Shown here one piece after another: positions 59,280 through 64,000 of a stretch of DNA of 64,000 nucleotides. This stretch comes from Mobula hypostoma. Its lineage: Eukaryota. How positions within the stretch are numbered: the first letter of the stretch is position 1; each line of letters starts with the position of its first letter. The notes under the pieces were generated by a model. The model was not told the DNA's origin, did not search any database, and was given only the letters and a program-made list of their open reading frames with translations. Where the stretch lies: the NCBI RefSeq assembly GCF_963921235.1, contig NC_086097.1, positions 153,080,001 to 153,144,000 on the forward strand, given 5' to 3'. Position numbers and translations under genes: made by a program.

Positions 59280-62270
59280 GGAGAATAAATGCGTGGCTGA
59301 GGGGTTGGAGCTTGGGGCAGGGATTCAGATTTCAGGATCATTGGGACCTCTTTTGGGGCAGGTGTAACCCCAAAGAGGAAGAGGCGATTGGCTCACAAAT
59401 AGAGAAAGTTTGAAGACAGTGCAAAAGGGAGGATAGGCAGGTGATAGAGAAGGGGCAGACTCAGGCCGATTGTTTGAGATACGTCTATTTTAATGCAAGG
59501 AGTGTTGTGAAAAAGTGGACGAGCTTAGAGTGTGGATCAGTACTTAGAGGTATGATGTGGTGGCCATTACAGAGACTTGGATGGCTCAGGGGCAAATGGT
59601 TACTTTGAGTGCTAGGCTTTAAATGTTTCAGAAAGGAGGCAAAAGAGGTAGCACTGTTGATCAGAGATAGTGCCACGGCTGCAGAAAAGGAGGACGTCAT
59701 GGTGAGATTATCAACGGGGTCTCTGTGGGTGGAAGCTAGGAACAGGAAGGGGTCAATAACTCTACTGGGTGTTTTTTATAGACCACCCAATAGTAACGGA
59801 CACATTGAGGGGCAGATAGTGAGACAGATTTTGGGAAGGTGTAATAATAACAGGGTTATTATGGTGGAAGATTTTAATTACCTAAGTATCGATTGCCATC
59901 TCCCTAGAGCGAGGGGTTTAGGTGGGGTGGAGTTTTTTAGGTATGTTCAGAAAGGTTTCTTGACACAATATGTAGAAAAGCCTACAAGAGGAGAGGCTGC
60001 ATGTGATCTGTTATTGGAAAATGAACCTGATCAGGTGTCGAATCTCTCAGAGTGAGAGCATTTTGGAGATAGTGATCACAATTCTATCTCCTTTACCATA
60101 GCTTTGGAGAGGGACAGGAACAGACAAGTTAGGAAAGCATTTAGTTTCAGTAAGGGGAAATATGAGGCTATCAGGCAGGAACTTGGAAGCATAAATTGGA
60201 AACAGATGTTCCCAGGGAAATGTACGGAAGAAGTGTGGCAAATGTTCAGGGGATATTTGCGTGGAGTTCTGCATAGGTACGTTCAAATGAGACAGGGAAA
60301 GGATAGTAGGGTACAGGAACCATGATGTACAAATGCTGTTGTAAACCTAGCCAAGAAGAAAAGAAGAGCTTACGAAAGGTTCAAAAAATGAGGTAATAAT
60401 AGAGATCTAGAAGATTATAAAGCTAGCAGGAAGGAGCTTAAGAATGAAATTAGGAGTGCCAGAAGAGGCCATTGAAGGCATTGGAGGACAGGGTTAAGGA
60501 AAAACTCAAAGGCATTCTACAATTATGTGAAGTGTAAGAGGATAAGACGTGAGAGAACTGTGATAGTGGAAAAGTGTGTATGGAATCGGAAGAGATAGTA
60601 GAGGTACTTAATGAATTCATTTCTTCAGTATTCACTACAGAAAAGGATCTTGGTGATTGTAGGGATGACTGACAGCGGACTGAAAACCTTGAGCATGTAG
60701 ATATTAAGGAAGAGGATGTGCTAGAGCTTTTGGAAAGCATCAAGTTGGATAAGTCACCGGGACCGGATGGGATGTACCTCAGGCTACTGTGGGAGGTGAG
60801 AGAAGAGATTGCTGAGCCTCTGGTGATGATCTTTGCATCATCAATGGGGATGGGATAGGTTCTGGAGGATTAGAGGGTTGCAGATGTTGTTCCCTTATTC
60901 AAGAAAGGGAGTAGAGATAGCCCAGGAAATTATAGACCAGTGAGCCTTACTTCAGTGATTGGTAAGTTGATGGAGGAGATCTTGAGAAGAAGTATTTTTT
61001 TGAACATTTGGAGGGGCATAAATTGATTAGGAATAGTCAGCATGGCTTTGTGAAAGGCAGGCCATGACTTATGAGTCTGATTGAATTTTTGAGGATGTGA
61101 CTAAACACATTGATGAAGGTAGAGCTGTAGATGTAGTGTATATGGATATCAGCAAGGCATTTAATAAGGTACCCAATGCAAGACTTATTGAGAAAGTAAA
61201 GAGGCATGGGATCCAAGGGAACATTGCTTTGTCAATCCCGAATTGGTTTGTCCACAGAAGACAAAGAGTGGTTGTAGATGGGTCATATTCTGCATGGAGA
61301 TCGGTGACCAGTTGTGTGCCTCAGGGAACTGTTCTGGGACCCCTTCTCTTCATGATTTTTATAAATGATCTGGATGAGGAAGTGGACGGATGGGTTAGTA
61401 AATTTGTTGATGACACAAGGGTTGAGGGTGTTGTGGATAGTGTGGAGGGCTGTCAGAGGTTACAGCAGGACATTGATAGGTTTAAAACTGGGCTGAGAAG
61501 TGGCAGATGGAGTTCAACCCAGATAAGTGTGAGGTGGTTCATTTTGTTAGTTCAAATATGATGACAGAATATAGTATTAATGGTAAGACTCTTGGTAGTG
61601 TGGAGGATCAGAGGGATCTTGGGGTCCAAGTGCGTAGATCACTCAAAGCTGCTGCGCAAGTTGACTCTGTGGTTAAGAAGGCATACGGTGCATTGGCCTT
61701 CATCAACCGTGGGATTGAGTTTAGAAGCCAAGAGGTAATGTTGCAGCTTTATAGGACCCTGGTCAGACTCCACTTGGAGTACTGTGCTCAGTTCTGATCA
61801 CCTCAGTACAGGAAGGATGTGGAAAGCATAGAAAGGGCGCAGAGAAGATTTACAAGGATGTTGCCTGGATTGGGGAAAATGCCTTATGAGAATAGGTTGA
61901 GTGATCTTGGCCTTTTTTCCTTGGAGCGACAGAGGATGAGAGGTGACCTAATAGAGGTGTATAAGATGATGAGAGGCATTAATTGTGTGGATAGTCAGAG
62001 GCTTTTTCCCAGGGCTGAAATGGATAGCACGAGAGGGCATAGTTTTAAGGTGCTTGGAAGTAGGTACAGAGGAGCTGTCAGGGTAAGTTTTTTATGCAGA
62101 GAGTGGTGAGTGTGCGGAATAGGCTGCTAGCGACAGTGGTGGAGGCGGATATGATAGAGTCTTTTAAGAGACTCCTAGATAGGTACATAGAGCTTAGAAA
62201 AATAGAGCTCTATGGGTAACCCTAGGTAATTTGTAAGGTAAAGACATGTTTGGCACAGCTTTGTGGGCCC
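59280..62270 (+). mobile_element. Long degraded CR1 LINE (end of ORF1, APE, RT, 3' end)
   Basis: WLRGWSLGQGFRFQDHWDLFWGR (ORF1 end-like), FNARSV, AITETW, GVFYRPPNS, KFVDDT, MRGDLIEVYKMMRG; same subfamily as 31198-33060. Confidence 0.92.
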
Positions 62271-63074
62271 AGACTTATTTCTAAGTGAAATAAAGTCCAT
62301 CTTCAACAAAGGAAGTAACTGGATCATAGATTTGCCAAAACCTGAATAAATACCTGGAATATTTATCACAGATTTCTCATATTTGTTTTGCCTCAAAAAG
62401 GCTTGAGCTTTAACCTGGAATTTTGCTTCACACAGCAGGCACAATACAATATGAAAGCAAGTCCATGCCTGCCATCACATACTTACCCATTATAATCCCA
62501 CTTTCTCATACTAAGCCTATAGCCTGTATATATTCTGATGTTCATCTAAATCCATCTCAAATATTTCCCACATCACACAGACTGTGCCTTCTAGATAACA
62601 GTCACTATGCCAGTAAAAATAAATCTTCCTTGGTTCTTCCCTAAACATCCTACTTCTTACCTTCAATCTCAGGCCTCTGGTTATTGAACACAAGTTTATC
62701 ACTCTCAAACCTATCAATGACCCTCATTATCTGGATGCCTCTATCAGACCTTCCCTCAGCCTCCACTGCTCGAAAGAAAGAAAATCCAACCAATTCAGTC
62801 TATCTTCACAACTGAAGTGCTCCATCCCAGGGAACATCTTTTGTCTCCTCTGCTCCTCATCCCATGACATCATATCCTTTCTGTAGTGTGTAGATCACAG
62901 ACAGTAATCAGCAATGTGTTAACTAATATAGTACTTAACAGTACCATAACCTTCCCACTCTTATAGTTTGTGCCCCAACTAATGCAGACCCATATGACTT
63001 CTTAACCACATTTCAATATATTGTTGCTTTAGGAGATCCTTTGACTTTAAACCAAAGTTCCTTTTTTTTTCCGA

Positions 63075-63173
63075 GTAACACACACATAATGCTGGGGGAA
63101 CTCAGCAAGTCAGTCAGCATCTGTAGAAGCAAATAAATAGTCGACACTTTGAGCCAAGACCCTGCATCAGTCC
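63075..63173 (-). mobile_element. Penelope terminal-repeat fragment
   Basis: cacacataatgctgggggaactcagc..gtcgacactttgagccaagaccctgcatcagtcc. Confidence 0.7.
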
Positions 63174-63480
63174 TAATAGTTTTTTAGGATTAAATTTCCA
63201 CTTAATTCTTTCTGACCATCTTACTGACTCATCAGTATCATCCTGTACCTGAAGGTCATTCTCCTCATTCTCAACAAAACTAGCAATCTTCATGACATCT
63301 GTGACCCCGAGGTCCAGTCACTTCTGGATTATTCATGTACATAACAAACAGCAGAGGACCCTGATGTACACCACAGGCTTCTAATCATAAAAGCAACACT
63401 TCACTGTTACCTTCTGCCACCTATCACCAAATCAATAATATATTAACGTTACCAAATTAACCTGTATCCCATCACTCTTA

Positions 63481-63615
63481 AACAAAAGAGGTTCTACAAA
63501 TACTGGAAATCCAAAGTAACACACACCAAATGTTGAAAGAATCAGCAGGTCAGGCAGCATCCATTGAGGGGAATAAATAATCAACATTTTGTGCTGACAC
63601 CCTTCATCAGGACTG
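63481..63615 (-). mobile_element. Penelope terminal-repeat fragment
   Basis: cacaccaaatgttgaaagaatcagcaggtcaggcagcat..cccttcatcaggactg. Confidence 0.7.
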
Positions 63616-64000
63616 AATGTAATACCATCATTCTTATCTTTTTAGTAAGAGAACCATTCAGGAACTTTTCAAAGGACTTACTCAGGATTAAGCAGACTAT
63701 ATTAATCACAGTAGGCTCATCAACATACTGAAATATCTCCTTGAAGAATGAAATTAAATCTGACAGGATCTCTCCCTTAACAAAGCCATGCTGATTATCA
63801 GTAAGCAATCCTTATCTCACCATGTGCAGATTAATCAAGTTCATCAGAATTTTGTTGCAATAATTTCTTTACCACTGGACCTAGATTCACCAACTTGTAA
63901 TTAACTAACATATCTCTGCTGTCTTTTTTTTGTATAAAGATATCAGATTTGTTGCCCTCCATCCATCTAGCACCATTTCAGTGGCTAGTGAAGATCTGGA

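Larger units (their letters stand above)
62430..64000 (-). mobile_element. Old CR1 fragment(s) with Penelope-end insertions
   Basis: TRGLRLKVRSRMFR, DNQHGFVKG; interrupted at ~63075-63173 and ~63481-63615. Confidence 0.65.

Noticed and set aside
1..64000. Prokaryotic-type systems (CRISPR, retrons, operons, defence islands)
   Set aside because: All RT ORFs are eukaryotic LINE/PLE types, and there is no regularly spaced repeat array or operon-like gene packing.

Overview
Vertebrate non-coding DNA (intronic or intergenic), mostly nested transposable elements. The repeat mix suggests a cartilaginous fish such as a ray or shark (inference). No intact host protein-coding gene, rRNA, tRNA or CRISPR array is recognisable, and almost all long ORFs in the track are retroelement or transposase fragments. 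Elements seen: many CR1 LINEs (two young copies at ~40.0-42.9 kb and ~55.2-57.2 kb), Rex1/Babar LINEs, one L1-clade fragment with a 15-bp TSD, RTE-derived elements, a Penelope-like element (PLE) with many short terminal derivatives, a Gypsy LTR remnant, a full-length IR/DR Tc1, a hAT MITE and a Chapaev (CMC) remnant. The most interesting signal is a minimal hammerhead-ribozyme motif (AGUC-CUGACGA-stem II-GAAACGUC-GACU) in the PLE terminal repeats. It is intact at 8665-8700 and recurs in about ten decayed copies, including back-to-back and palindromic mini-elements with their own TSDs. A few possible minus-strand host exons are flagged at low confidence. Boundaries without a stated TSD or TIR are approximate.
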